64,000 nt of DNA from Paraspadella gotoi (GCA_051294375.1 CM119263.1:16893777-16957776); one strand, 5' to 3'. Counted from the first letter of the stretch, positions 44,944 to 60,061 are shown. Made by a program: numbers and translations. Notes: generated from the letters alone by a model not told the origin.

Positions 44944-45592
44944 TAAAGGATAAAAAAAATTTCCCATCTTTTGTTTTTCTCTGTGAATCTAAAAGGGAAA
45001 ACGATGGAATTTGAATAAAGTGTGAGAACGAAAAAGCGGATTTTAAAAACAATGACAATATACTCGACCTAATTTATAAAAAATCAATATAACAAATCAA
45101 TATCTTTAACGAATTTTAGAAGTTTAATTATAAAAAAGGTTAAATTCGATTCAAACCCATACATTTTTTATTTATTTTATTTATTTTGTTTGTTTTCTAA
45201 AATGAATAAATCCTCAACGTTCACTTTTTCTGACTACCGATAATTAAAGTTTAAAAAAAGACGGATCTCTTCGCCAACTGAACTTGACCGGTGCCGAATG
45301 CGTTGTAATGAAATGAGTAATATCGGTCATAAGGAAATTGCGTGTACATTATCTGTACATGTGAAAAAATAATTTCGATTGCCTCATCTGCGTTGTCTTC
45401 TCAGCAGTCGTTATTTTTGCCAAAGTCGTCGTCGTCATCGTCGTCATCGTCGTCGCAAGCGCATTCCTCCTTGTCGTCTCCATTCTCTTCTCGGTCGTCG
45501 GCGACTGTCAAACTAGAACCAGCCTCAAGGTCCTAAAACACAGGCGAAAAAAGATTCATCTTGGATTCCATTTACAACAAGCGAAAGCGGGA

Positions 45593-45705
<113 letters not shown>

Positions 45706-46041
45706 AAATTAAAAAAAAGGTTAAACGACTAAACGACGAATATTGGAAATCAAGATGTCAAAAAAAAAAACATGTTGGGTGAAGGTAACGTTAAAGGAAG
45801 GGAACAAGAGCGGCGCAAATAATGAGAGGCGCATGAAAAAGGGAAAAAAAAGTGTCGAGAAACGGAAAGCTTGGTATAGAATTGAGTGTGATAAAGTAGG
45901 GTAAACAAGAGCTAAAAGAAAGGAAAGGAAAAAAGAAAAATGAAAGGAGAAAAAGATGACAGGGGAGAAGAAAATAAAAGAAAGGGGATTTATAAGGAGG
46001 TTGAGAGGATGGAAGAAAACGAGAAAAGAGAGAGAGAGAAG

Positions 46042-46081
<40 letters not shown>

Positions 46082-47159
46082 GCTAAAAGGTGGAGGTCTA
46101 AAAGAAAAGGCAAATGGGAAGAAAAGGAAAGTGCTGAACCGATGGAGAAGTCAGTTGGAAGAGAAAGAAAAAAACTGAAGCCTTACTCTAAGTGCACAGT
46201 GGAATAAATAAGAACATCATGAAATACCCAAGAAACTAAATAAATAAATAAATACGTTGCAAGCAAAGTAAATAAATATACTTTACAAAGTTTTCTTAAC
46301 GTTTGATAAATTAATAATTTATAATAGGACTTTTTTCTAACTCATAATATAAAGATTGGAATTATTAATGCCTGCGAATAATAGAAATTAAAAGCAAAAA
46401 AGGCAAAAAAGCCAACGCTGATGGTCGTTTAGTTTCATTTTAAAGAAGAAAAAAACAAGAAGACGATAAATGAAACAAAAGACTTTTTATTATTTGCTTA
46501 TTTGTTTTTTATATTTTCCAAGCTTAGGCTGCGCTTAATTTTTATTATGGATCACAGTTTTCTCTTCGGTTAAACCCACCTCCTCCCTTTTTCATCCTTT
46601 TCTCGGCCCCCGATCGGTGACACTCTTAATTTTCCTTTCCTAGGCTTTAAACTCGAAGGTAAGTTTATGTCTCCCTGGAGATGCGAGTCTCAAAGCGGAT
46701 GAGGGCGAAGATTAGGGATAAAGGGAATACGACGACGACGACGACGAAGACGAAGACGAGAACGACGACGATAACGACGACGGAACGAGAAAATACGACA
46801 ATAGATAAGGCAAGTAAAGACGTAAGGNNNNNNNNNNAACTCAGCCGGTTAAGGGAGTCGTCGTTTTTCATGATTGAACTAACCTGATGCGTTTTGACAG
46901 CACAAATGGCAGCATGGAGAGAGAAAGGGAGAGAGAGAGAGAGAGGAATAAAGAAGAAAAATATGGAAAAAAAATTAATGTTAAGGTTTTTTTAAAACGG
47001 TTTTCAATAAAAAATGTACGCATATCATTATTTCCGGGTCTTTTTCGAATACGTGGATACAAGCGGGGAATCATTTGGAGTCACGACTGAGGAATCCTGA
47101 TCGCATCTGCGTCATTGGGTCAAATGAATTTCGACGTTTATGCAAACGACGGCATCTTC

Positions 47160-48011
47160 TCAGAGTTGAGGGGCAGAAGTAGAAGAAGAGGGAGTCGAGA
47201 TGATGGGGAATCTGAGAAGAGAGAATGATGAAATGGAGAGACAGAAAAAGGGAGAAATGAAAGAGAAAAACAGAAGAAAATAGAAAAATGTGGGAATATT
47301 GAAGGAGGATTTTTATGTATGGAAGATGAAAGGGGAAATTAAATAAAGAGAATACTTAAGAGGAGATGAATTAAGAAGCCTGAAGACTTCAATACAAAAA
47401 AAAAGAATAAAAAATTATTTCTAAAGTGCAATTCAAGAAAAAAAAATTCTAAAAAAAAACAAGGATGTTTAACAACCCGCGTGGAGTGAGCCTCGGGTGA
47501 GCAACCGTGGGTAAGGAGATGATAAAGAGAAGAGTGTCTTCAATTTCTCCATCTCTCTATATTTTCCACATATTCAATTCGTCTACAGCTTCTTTCCATC
47601 TCCTTTTCCTTCTTCTCCTCGCCCCCCCCTAACGCCGCCGCCGCCCCCCTCACTTCCTTCCTCTTTCGAATTATTTTCGAAATGTAAATCGGAAAGACCG
47701 GGTCCCAAATCTCGGAGGGATTATTTTCTTCTTCACCCCCTTTCCCCTTTCCATCTTACTTCGCTCTCGCTCCTTCTCACTTTCCTCCTCTTTCTATTTC
47801 TTTCATCTCCTTCTCTTTCCTTTTCTTTCCCTTCTTTTTTTCCCGCCTTTTTCCTCTTTTTCTCTCTTCACCATTCGATTCCCTTTTCTACTTTTTTTTC
47901 TCAGACTTAACTAATTCAGTCCAATTCTGACAAAGTCTGGTTATGCAAAACCTTTTTTTTTTGTCCCCCTCTCTCATTTTTAGCATTTCGTCAGGCAGAA
48001 AAATAACAGAG

Positions 48012-48015
<4 letters not shown>
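47160..48015. repeat. ~0.85-kb segment present three times (direct copy ~59082-59968, inverted partial copy ~63470-64000)
   Basis: Shared strings such as GAGTCGAGATGATGGGG, GACCGGGTCCCAA and CAGACTTAACTAATTCAGTC. Confidence 0.9.
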
Positions 48016-48048
<33 letters not shown>

Positions 48049-51000
48049 AGATGTAAAGCGAAGGCGAGACATTTAGATGCCAAAAAATGCATGTTAGGGA
48101 TGGGAGACGAGGACAAACAAAAATTTCAATGGGATTAGAGTATGGAGGCGGGTTAGAGACGTTAGACGAGCACGAGGATTGAATTCTGAGGCCAGAGACG
48201 TAACGGAAAGTGGTGAAGATTGAGGAGCGGACATAGAATCGAGATGCCGACGCGCGGCGATTCCCCCAAAAAATAACCGCCACCGATGTTGGAAAGGAAA
48301 AAGAATATGGCGCCGAAGACGAGAAACGCACGCGAGAAAGAATTCGGGTCAATAGTTGCGGCGTCGCGGGTTTCGGAAGATTGTTCACGGCGCCGCTTAT
48401 TCCAGAGATGCGGCGCCTGCTGGTTCTGGAGACAGCTTCGCCGCGGGTTCGGGACTTGATTGGGGTGCGCAGCCGAGTGTCGGCGCTGGACGGTGTCGCG
48501 GGTGCGGAGGGAAAAGCGGTTGGGGCAAGTCTCGACGCCGACAAAGGGGTAAGTATCTTCCGGCGTAAGCTTTTTCGGGTCGACGACCGAAAAGCGGGCA
48601 AGCAGGACAAGGCTGCCGTGCTTGTTATTCTGTTTCCAACTCGACGACGATAGCCGTCGCGTTTGATTGGTTCACGGAGGCGGTCGTGGGCTCAACACCG
48701 TTTGGGGATGATTTGACCTGTGAAAATATGAAGGAAAGGAGGAAAAAAAATAGAGACATCTGGTGAGGAAAACAATAAAAGAAAGTTTTTCTTTTTTCAG
48801 GCTTAAAAAAAACCAAATAGTGAAAAAAACGGTATTAAACAGCTATAAATGGAAAATTATATGGTTTAAGTTTTTATATAATTCAATAATTCCATTACAA
48901 TTATAATTCCAATTCCATTACAAGGGAAAACTTTACTGTGAGACTTTTTATCTAGGAGTGCTCATCTCTTAAAACCTTAAACCTCTCTCTCTTTTCCTCT
49001 CAACAATCTAGTTGATGTCGAGCGTTCAAGACTTCACCGGACGAAACAGGTTAACATGAGTTCCAAATTTAAGACGTTCGGAAATGATATTTAAACTTTT
49101 AATTCTCGCAAAAAATCCATTGCGAAATTCGTTAAATACGAGGTTTCTTCAGGGCGACTTGTGTTTCCGATTATTCATAAATGAGACGGAAAACTCATTC
49201 AGGGAACTCTTCCTCTTACTTTGAGAAACTGCGCGCGAAATGACGGAACACGCTTATTTTTTCTGTGACCAGAGATAGAGAGTAAGATATCAAAATAGGT
49301 GAGGAATAAGGCATAACATTAACACAACACACTTCTCCTTCTTCCCTCTCTCCCATCTCTCTCTCTCCTCTCTCTCTTCTCTTCTCTCTCGTCTCTCTCT
49401 CTCTCTGTTTAAGAAACCTACGTTCTCCAAGTTCGGCCGTGCCCCCGAAAAAAAAACTGGACATATTTGAAGGTCCGCTATCGTTAGTAATCCGTCCAAA
49501 CGGGAAAAAAATGTGGCGACGGCCCCCGTCATGACGTATCTCTCTTCTCTCTCTCCTCTTCTCTGCTCTCTCTCTCTCTCTTCTCTCTCTAACTTCCTTC
49601 CTTTTTTTTCCATCTCATGAAATCATTTGTGTGTTTTTTAGAAAAACCTGCTGACGCACTTTTTGCTCAGTTATTTTGTTCCTGTGATTGGATTCGTAAT
49701 CCTAAAAAATGAAGCAAAGTTATTCGCCGGTCCGTTTGTCGTTCTCGTCGTCTTCACTTCTTGGCTTTTCCTCGAGACTAAAGTTTGTTGCTGGAAAATG
49801 AATAAACTCACTGCAGGACAATGGATTTATCGTCTCACGAGGTCTGTGAACACATTTGTACAAAGCTGAGAAGAATAAATTAATGGTTCAATTCGATTTA
49901 AACAGTATAATTAGAACTTTTCGAATTGGATTTCTGGTGCAGAATCAAAAATTGCAATTGCTTATATTCAACATAAAGTATCCTGAATTTTTCATCGATC
50001 GGGAGAAAATACGGAAGAACGATTATTCACCGAACACTAGTTTGAGAGAAATCATAAATTGATGCCCATGCAATCATATCGATCAAGAAGAATTTATTAA
50101 ATTGACACAGATGACCCAACGCATCGAGCAATGAGTTGGGACGCAATCATTTAACACCTCCTCGGCGAGCGAGCGACGGAAGACATTCAAGAGCAGAGTG
50201 GACCGGTGATGGCCTTCTCCCTTTTGACTAGATCGATTCATTGAGCGATCCCCAAATCTCACTCCTTTCCCGATCCGCCCCTCATCAAGGCAGCTGGCGC
50301 GTTGGGATATCTTTTTTTGACGGCCTCTGCTCGGCTCTGTCTGCTCCGTCTGCGGTTCGGCGCACCATCAGCCTCACAACGTCAAGAGACAGAAGCGCTG
50401 CCGTCGCAACCAGCGCGCCCTCAGGTTGAAAATTCAGTAGTTGCCTACCCCGCCCAAACTCATGCGTCTGTCCGACCCCTCCTAATCTGTGCTCGATCAT
50501 GACATATCGACAACACAAAGTAAGTCGATCAATTCACAATTAGGATTAACTTTTAAAATTTAATTTTTTTTCCGTATTAGGTCTAATTTTCCTTCACTTT
50601 TGTAAGACAGGTATGTGGGGGAGACAGTGACGCGGTGTTTTTCGCTCCGTTAGCACCTTGTTAGTCGGCTTCTTCGTTATTAAACCTCGTTCCAGTACGT
50701 AATACATGAGTCTTCCGCCGTTAAACGGCCCAGCCAACCGCGCCATCTGAGCGAAAGCGAAATCGAATTAAAGTTGACCAGCCCGTCGCGCTACGTATAT
50801 TGCGGGTAACTGAATGGACTTCGGCGTCAAGCACTTACTCGCCTTCCCGATGTCTTTCTTTTCTTCTTTGTCTCCCTCCTCTGGTCTCTGAATTAAACCC
50901 ATTTCCGTCGGTTGCGACGGAAAAAATGTGTCCGTTCTCATAAAAATGTGGAATAAAAATATGTCTCTGTGCTTTAACTTGCTCTCTCTCTCTCTCTCCT

Positions 51001-54000
51001 CTCCTCTCGTCTCTCTCTCCTCCTTCTCTCTCTCCCTCTCTCTCCTCCTCTCTCCTCTCTCTCTCCTCTCACCTCTATACTCCCACCTGATGAATTTTTT
51101 TTTTGAGCCTCGGTGTATTTCTGGATTTGAGATTGAAAGACCGTTTCTCTCCAGTCTCTCCATCAACAGTGTTTTGACGTTTTTTTTTTTGAAAAATTTT
51201 TTAATTGTCACTTGAGTTTTTCTCGACTGCATAACTTATGCAATAGTTTCTGTTTTTTTCTTCTTCAATCTTACTGCCTTTTTTTATATTTTTTTTCTCT
51301 TTCTTTCTTTGATTTCTTTCTTCTCTTCGTTTTCATCCTATCAAACCTTTTTGCCCGTCTTTCCGTTTTTTTCTTTTTTTTTTTTTTCCCTACTATATTT
51401 GTGTGCGATTCTCTCTCTCCCTCCTCTCTCTCTCTCTCCTCTCTCTCTTCTCTCTTCTCTCTCTCTCCTCTCTCTCTCTCTCTCTTTCACTTTTCTTCTC
51501 CCTGCGACCTCCAGTTTCCACCCTCCGCTCCCTATCTTCCGCTCTTTTTTATTTTCTTTATTTAATAAAGAAATATTCTTCGTTCTCTCTCTCTCTCTCT
51601 CTCTCTTCTCTCCATCTCTCTCTCTCTCTTCTCTCTCTTCTCTCCTTTCTCGCACCATAGAGAGAAGCGGCCGCTCGCGGCGACGGCCCGACATGGGAGG
51701 AAATTTCTCGCGGGCGGCGACAGGATGGAGACTTTAAGATAACCGAAAATAACAAAAAACAAAAGACGCCAACGCAAACACGGGAGGGAGGAGCTTTACG
51801 GATCGGAACGGAGCGGGGAAAAAAAATAAACAAGGCCGGAAGCTCATAAACCGATAAGAAGAAAATCGAATGGAGTCGAAGCGAAAGCGCGCGAGGATTT
51901 GAAAAAGATTGATCGTCACCGCCGAGGAGAGAAGGAAAGAGAAGGAGCGAAAGAAAAGAAAAGACTTTGGTTAAACTCTGAGAGAGAGAGGAGAGAGATG
52001 AGAGAGAGAGAAGAGAGAGAGATGAGAGAGAGAGATGAGAGAGACGAGATGAGGAGAGAGAGAGAGAGAGAGAGATGAGAGAAAAAAGTGGGAAGACATC
52101 TGTTAAATTTAACGACAACTCAAACAGGCGCTGTACAACCGGTTCTTCCTTTTTGTTTTTTTAAAGGATCTCGTCGCTACTCAAGCAACGTCTCTGATTG
52201 GTCAAAATATGACGCAGCCGCCGGCGCCCTCCGCCGCAAGCCGCTTTCTGCTGCACTACCCCCCTGACTGGCCGGGGACGTGAATATCAAACAAGGGGTC
52301 TCGGAAGAAGAGACGATACGACTCGAAGATGATTATAAACAAACTTTACCCAGATACATGCAGTTTTGATAAGGAGGTTAAAGTTTATAAAGAAAGAAAG
52401 CGGAGGAGAAAACGAGAGCGAAGATGGGAAAAAGAGGACGAGCAGGAGAAGGATCTGAAGAAGAGAGCGGTAAGGAGCGAGTAAGAGGGAGAGGAGAAAG
52501 GAAAATGGCGGCTACAGAAAAAGATATGATTGTCAGTGGCGACCGGGAAGACCGTCTCGGGCGAAAAGGAGAACAAAAGGGAAAAGTCGTCACGAAAATG
52601 ATTGAACGAGTCGGAATTAAACTCAAGGGCAATTTAATTGATCGACCGAAGACGACGATGGCGACGACGATAACGACGACGATGTCTTCCTGGAGGAGTG
52701 ACGGAATTCCGCCGAGTTTAGAATATGGAATTAAAATTAATTTAATGTGATTGTTAAGTTGGGGACGAGAGAGTGTAAAGATCATTATGAGAACGTAAGA
52801 TATGAAGAATGTTTTACGTGATGTCAACTTCACTACCGAATAGGACGTGTAAGATAAATTTGTTATTTGATTAGTTGTACGTTATTTAATTTTAAGATTG
52901 AATCGAATGTTCGAAGCCTTTGATCGATGAGTCGGACTGCTTTGGAATGGATGTCTTAGGGTTAGAGGTAGAGAAGAGTTGAGATGACATAGGCGAAAGG
53001 ATGAGAAAGATTATTGTTGACGCCCTCCGTCATCGCCGAGAAGAAGAGACGAACCTCCGATGAGTTCGAAACGAAGAAATCCTGCTGGCGAAACTTGGAA
53101 GCACTGGCGACAAAGCCGTAGGAAGAAACAATAGGTCGGAGGTCGGAGAATAAAGTCACGACGAACGACGACGACGATGACGATGATGATGACAAAAAAG
53201 AAATACCACAAAAAAGGAAGACGAGGAATGTAAATAACTAAAGTAATGAAAACGAAAAAAAGATCTCGAAAAGTGTTTGTTTTGTTTAAAAAAAAAAGGA
53301 AAAGAGAAAGGGCCATCACCCTTACCTTCCCGTCTTGTTCCAGCCTCTTAATTAGAGAACGAATCGGAGATATCTTTTCGATTTCCCGGAAATCTGTGGT
53401 GATCCTTGAAGTTCTTTACGGCTTTTTACATCTTCCTTCGCATTCCATCTCCTTTCCTCCCTCTTCCTAAAACTTGATCGTCCCATTCCGGGTTCGGAGT
53501 CTTCTCTCTCTTTCTCCTTTGCTCCCAATGCCCACCATATCTCAACCCTTGCGACAGAATCCGAGAAACGAAGACCGACGACGGACGACGATGACGACGG
53601 GGCGCCCGGTTTCGGCGGAATCCCTAAGTTCCGAGAAGAAAATAAAAGGGACGCGGAAAAACAATGAATAGTCGGCTCGGCAGACAAATAAAAACAAAAC
53701 GGAGGTTGAGCGGACAATCAGGCCCGAGAGAAAGAGAGAGAGGGAGAGAGGAGGAGAGAGCAGAGAGAGAGAGGGGAGAGGGAGCCAGCGAGGACAGAGA
53801 CAGAGTGACAGAGAAAAGAAGGGAAATAAAAATAGATGAAGAGGTGGAACGGCAGGAAAGAGAGGCGAGATATAGAATGAGAGAAAGGGAGTTTATTTAG
53901 AGAGGGAAGAGGAAGAGAGGAAGCGAAGCCACAATAACGACAATTACCCCGGGAAGAAAGCAGACGCCAAAGAGACAAGATGCGGCAAGGTGCGAAACAG

Positions 54001-55176
54001 ATGTGGGGAATATGGGTAATTGGAGGTGCCAGTTGAGCCGAGGATTTTGGTGAATGGAGGAAATTGCTTTTTTGTCGGAAATGGATCTCCCAATTTTTTA
54101 TCCGAGATGCGACGGGCGAAAGATCGAATCGGGAGGTGCCTGCTTTCGCATATGCAATGCCGATCGACAACACGACGGAAGATGCAACGGGAAGGGCGAT
54201 GTATTTATCGAGCAGATGGTATGAAAGGCGTGATTGCCAAATCGGGTTCTGCCAATGCTGAGGTCGATTTGGCTCGAACGGGGTAAAAGGGGTTGGGATC
54301 ACTTTGAGATTGCCGCTAATGTGAAGCCGGACAGCGACCCAATGGAGAAAATGATACAGACGATAGAGATGTTAGTAATAAAGGAGTTGTGGGAAAATAT
54401 GGTTTCTGATTTGAAACATTAGATGAATTACGATGTTAAACAATTTCAAGATAGACAGATCAAGGCTCTTCGACGGCCGTCGTCCGAGGAAAAGCGGAAC
54501 GAATAATTCCGAGGCTTTTATTGTTTGGTTCAAAGTCTTTTTTTACGCCAGAAGAAAAAAAAATATTTGCCAAAGAATGAAAAATAAAAATTCGCTTTAA
54601 TTTTTATTGTCTTGGGGAGAGAAAATTGTTGTTGTTTAAAGAAAGACTTACACTCGTGATATATCGCTTTAATGAGAATGTTTGGTTGGAACGAGAACTA
54701 AGGCGGAATCTAAAAAAATAATAAAAAGGAAACAAAAAATAAAAAAAGAACACGCACCTCAAAAAGAAAAGAAGGAATCTAAAGATCTTTAAGTTCATTT
54801 TCTTGAGTGAGGGGGGAAAGCGAGAAAACTGGTTGGTGAAAGAGGGAAAGATGAAAAGTGAAACCATAGGATTACTTTCAAAAAAGACGACGACGAAAAC
54901 GACCGACGAAGACTAGGAAAAAAATTGTGAATTAAAGTCGCTGCCAGCTAACCTAAAATAAAAAAAAAAAAAGATTGTGGACAAAAGCGTGGCGTGGGCG
55001 CCGTCGTCTACGTCGTCGGTCGGTTTGGTCGTCGTCGTTCTACGTCGTCGTCGTCTGCGTCCGTCGTCGTCTTCATCATCTCTCGCTTTCCAGGATTCAA
55101 AAAAACCGGTCAGAATCCATTTGTCAAATTGAAGGCAGAGAGAGAGAGAAGATGAGAGAGAGAGAGACGGAGAGAC

Positions 55177-55218
<42 letters not shown>

Positions 55219-56826
55219 AGAGGAAGGAGAGAGTTAAGGGTGAGAGATCGCCTCGGGTGAGTTCGCCCATGCGGAGAGCGCGTGCAGGTGCGTCTCCAAC
55301 GCGTGCGCCCTCTTTCACATCACGTGATCCCCGGGTCGAGTTATCGTCTTCGAAACTACGGCGTCAGAGAGTCTCGGGTTCAACGAACACGGTTTTTAAC
55401 GTATCTCGTCTTGTCAAAGTGATTGTATAATTAGCTCTTGTCAAGTAAATGAATAAGTATTAGTGAAGGATAGTGACTTTCAAATTAAAATTGCTATTTT
55501 GACCTGAGTCAGTCAAGACGATTTCATCCTTTGTTACTTGCCACTTTTGTTTTGATGGGAATTTGTTTGACTTTTTTTTATAGGCTTGGTTGTGGCTTGC
55601 ATCAGTGGTCTTGCTTTGCAATCGTTTTTTTCTTCTTCAACTGATCGTAACACAGGTCGCGTCTGTGACTTCAGCTGGCCACTTCGAAGGCGAGAAGAGA
55701 GAAGACGCAGGCGAAGAAAAAGAAAACAAAGAAAGAAAAACAAAACAAAACCCAAAAGGAAAAAAAATAGAGCATCGAAGAATGAAGACAGAATGGGCGC
55801 GGGAGGAGGAGCCAGATTTTGATGGGAGTATTATTTACGTTAACTCTGTTTAATATCCTTTTTGACCTGTATTTCCGTCCTGTCATTGTATCATTGTCGT
55901 TGAACAGTGTACTATTTTCGAAACGCCCAAATATTAAATTTTTAGTGAAATCGAAGTAATTAGAAAATAAACAAACAAAATGAAATTCATGCAAAAATTG
56001 TTTATAAGTTTTTTTTCTATATTCGTCATAGAGGAAAAACGATAAACCTTTCGCTTCTCTTATCTTATCTTTTCCATTCACTTTTTTTACTGTCTTTTCC
56101 TTTCTTTTTGTTGTCCTTTTTCCCTTACTTTCCTCCCTTTCATTTTACCACTTAACAATCACCTCACCGCCCCCCCTTCCTCTTTCACATTCGCTTATCC
56201 TTGACAGATGACGGCCATTTGATCCCCGCGACGTCGCATGCGCTGCTCCTGATTAATAGCGACGAGAAAAAAGTTGAGAAAAACAAATAGCAATTCTTTG
56301 CAAGTGTAAAAAGAGAATCTCTCTCTCTCTCTCTTCTCATAACATATCCTATCTTCTCTTCGCCTTCGTTCTGCTCTCTCTCCTTTCTCTCCCTCTCTCC
56401 CTCTCTCTCTCTCTTCCTCTCTCTCTTTCCCTCCTCCTTCGGCCATCTCTTTCAGCCCTAGCTCGAGACTCGCCGAGGCAACGGCGGCTATTCTTTCCTT
56501 TGACTTTTCCAACGCCCATGCGCTTTGTTGGAAAAGTTTCATCGTTATTATGTGGGAGGCCGTACTACGCGGTACGGCACCCGGCGCTGCAGCTGTGGCG
56601 GCACTGGCGGCGGCTCACAGCGATGGCCCGCAGCCAAAACTTTGAATTAATCTTACGAAGATGATGTTTTCCTTTCTCATTTCATTTAGTTGATATTTCT
56701 TATAATAACTGAAAAAGCACCTTTTTAAAAAAAAAAACGGAAGAGGCCTCATTTTTTATTTATCATCCCTCTCTCTCTCTTTATCTGTCTTTCTTTCTTT
56801 CTTTTCTTTCTTTCTTTCTTCTTTCT

Positions 56827-56881
<55 letters not shown>

Positions 56882-57591
56882 CTCTCGCAAGTAATGTTTA
56901 AAAAAATAAAAAAAACAAGTTCCGCTTTTTGTGTTGAACGCTATATCTCTTCAATTGTGCGTCCACCTCGATTTCTCCGGTCACTCAGTGTTTTTCGTTC
57001 TCTGAACCTGAAGACCATTCCTCCACCACCTCTGCAGCGGGACCATTCATAAACAAAAGAGACAAAGAAGAGGAGTGTTTTTGGTCTTTGTGTCTCTCAA
57101 AGACCCAATGGGAGAATTTTTTTTATAGGAATTTTATTATGTATGATTTCAACTACATGAAAATTAGTTAATCTGAAAAACCCCAAATGAGGCAGTCCTT
57201 ATGCAGCTTTTTTAGCAGTAATTGTGTATCTTTTTTTACGTACGGATGTGAAGTTTAAGGAGTTCTTAATGCCAAAGACGTGACCGAGTTAAATGTAACA
57301 CAAATGATGGTATCAGAAAATTGGAGTGGAACAGGATGTACAGTATTCGAACTCGACGAGAATCCTATGGAACCCTGATTTATTCGCCATTCTCAATAAG
57401 ACAATCAAAGTTCTACAAAATTTTGGTTTATACTAATAATGAAGTTCTCTTGTACATCGTACTTAAAACAATTCTTCTACAAACTAACAGTTTCTTCTTT
57501 ATATTTATTTCTCTTTATGTTGTCTGTAATAAAATAATATGAAATAATTTAATTTAACTAAAATTATAATTTAAACTTCTAAGTACCAAAC

Positions 57592-58625
57592 GGTATAGTC
57601 GCAGGATTAGCGGCCCAACGTATATTGGCGCCCATAAAATTGCGCCCAAGGATTGCACCATGTAGCATTAGCGCCCACATAGAATTGCACCCCATAGTAT
57701 TCCGCCAGAAGATTACGCCCACAATGGGATTCACGCCCTGTAGGATTACCGCCACGTAAAAACATTGCGCCCACCTAAGACTGCGCCCCATGAATTGCGC
57801 CCATAGTATTCGCCCAAAAGGATTGTACCCCTGTGGATTCCACCCACTGAGCATGGGCCCGAAGGATTGAGCCCATAGTATGCGCCATAGATTGGAACCC
57901 ACATAGGATTGGGCCCAGATAGGATTCCGCCCACCTAGGATTCCGCCCACATAGATTGGCGCCATGTAGGATTCCGCCCATTCTAGGATCTACCCACATC
58001 AGGATTAGGCCCACGTAGGATTCCGCCATAAGTATTATTGAGCCCACATAGAGATGGCCATATAACCACATAGTATTGCCACCTACATTGGCGAATACTG
58101 TGAATATTCCTTCTCTTCATCTCTTTTTTATATTTTTAAAGTTTTGGGGATTACGTTGGCGCCAATGCATCAGGCCCACTCCTACATGGGCCCAATCCTA
58201 CGTAGGCGACCAATCATATGATGGGCCTAATTGTATTGTGGGCCCAATTCCTACGTGGGCCAATCATATTATGGGCCCAATTATATGTGGGCCCAAATTC
58301 GTATTTGGGCCCAATTCCTTAATGGGTTCAAATCCTATGGTGCGCATCCTATGGCGCAGACCTACACGGTTCAATTATACCTGGGCCCAATCTTGGCGCA
58401 ATCCCTCTTAGGCGCAATTCTGTGGGCGCAATCCTAAGTGGCCGCAATTCTATCTGGGCGGAATACTATGTGGCGGAATAACTACGGAGGCCGCAATCCT
58501 AATTGGGCGCAATTTACATGGCACAATCCTGCGGGTGTAATTATAAGTGAGGCCGCCATCTGCTGTGGGACCCGTCAATTTTCTGGGTCGCCCCAATTCC
58601 TACGTGGTACAATCCTAATGGAACC
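57592..58625. mobile_element. Non-autonomous Mutator/foldback-type DNA transposon with modular inverted arms
   Basis: GGT...ACC termini; 9-bp flanking repeats GTACCAAAC (57583-57591) and GTATCAAAC (58626-58634); left arm is degenerate TAGGATTGCGCCCACA units and right arm the reverse complement, with an AT-rich spacer at ~58095-58150. Confidence 0.7.
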
Positions 58626-60061
58626 GTATCAAACTCTCTCTTCTCTCTCTCCTCTNNNNNNNNNNNNNNNNNNNNNNNNNTTATTACAACTAACAATAAA
58701 GGAGAAATAAATATAAGAGAAACTGTTAGTTTGTAGAAGAATTGTTTTTAAGTATGTACAAGAGAACTTCATTATTAGTATAAACAAAATTTTTGTAGAA
58801 CTTTGATTGTCTTTTATTGAAGATGGCGAATAAATCAGGGGTTCCATAGGATTCTCGTAGAGTTCGAATACTGTACCATCTGTTCCATCCAATTTTCTGA
58901 TACCATCATTTAGTGTTACATTTAACTCGGTCACGTCTTTACTGTAAAAAAGCTGCATAAGGACTGCCTCATTTGGGGTTTTCAGATTAACTAAATATCA
59001 TGTAGTTAAATATACATAATAAAATTCCTATAAAAAAAAATTCTCCATTGGTCTTTGAGAGACAAAAAGGGAGAGAGAGATCAGAGTTGAGGCAGAAGTA
59101 GGAAGAAAGAGGAGTCGAGATGATGGGGGGAATCTGAGAAGAGAGAATGATGAATATGGAGAGACAGAAAAGGTGAGAAATGAAAGAGAAAACAGAAGAA
59201 AATAGAAAATGTGGGAATATTGAAGGAGGGATTTTTATGTATGGAAGATGAAGGGGAATTAAATAAAGGAGAATACTTAATGAGGAGATGAAATTAAGAA
59301 GCGCTGTAGACTTCAATAAAAAAAAAAGAATAAAAATTAGTTCTAAAGTGCAATTCAAGAGAAAAAAAAAATCTAAAAAAAACAAGGATGTTTAACAAGC
59401 GCGTGGAGTAGCCTTGGTGTGAGCAAAGCCGTGGGTAGGAGATGATATAAGAAAGAGTGTCTTCAATTTCCATCTCTCTATATTGCTCACATATTCAATT
59501 GTCTACAGCTTCTTTTCCATCTCCTTTTCCTTCTTGCTCACTCGGCCCCCGCCCCTAACGCCGTTCCCGCCCCCTCACCTTCCGTTCCTCTTTCAATTAT
59601 TGTTCGAAATGTAAAATCGAAAGACCGGGTCCCAATATCTCGGAGGGTATTATCTTTCTTGCACTTTCACCCCCTTTCCCCTTTCCATCTTACTGTACTG
59701 CTCTCGCTCCTTTCTGCACTTTCTCCTCTTGTTTCTTTTACTTCATTCCCTTTCCTCATCTTCCTTGTTTCTTTCCCTTCTTTTTTTCCCGGCCTTTTTC
59801 CGTCTTTTTTCTCTCTTACCATTCGATTCCCTTTTCTACTTCTTTTTCATCAGACTTAACTAATTCAGTCCAATTCTGACAAGTCTGGTATATGCAAACC
59901 TTTTTTTTTGTCGTTCCCGACCTCTCATTTTTGAGCGATTTCGTCACGGCAGAAAAATAACAGAGACAGATAGCAGGAGAGAGATGAGAGCAGAGGAGAA
60001 GGAGCGAGAGAGAGAGAGAGAGAGAGAGGGAAGAGGAGAGAGAGAAGAGAGAGTTTGATAC

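Noticed and set aside
50232-50519. Plus-strand exon candidate (TAG...GTAAGT); also a minus-strand candidate at ~53326-53467
   Set aside because: No continuous recognisable reading frame or partner exons; could be UTR or chance.
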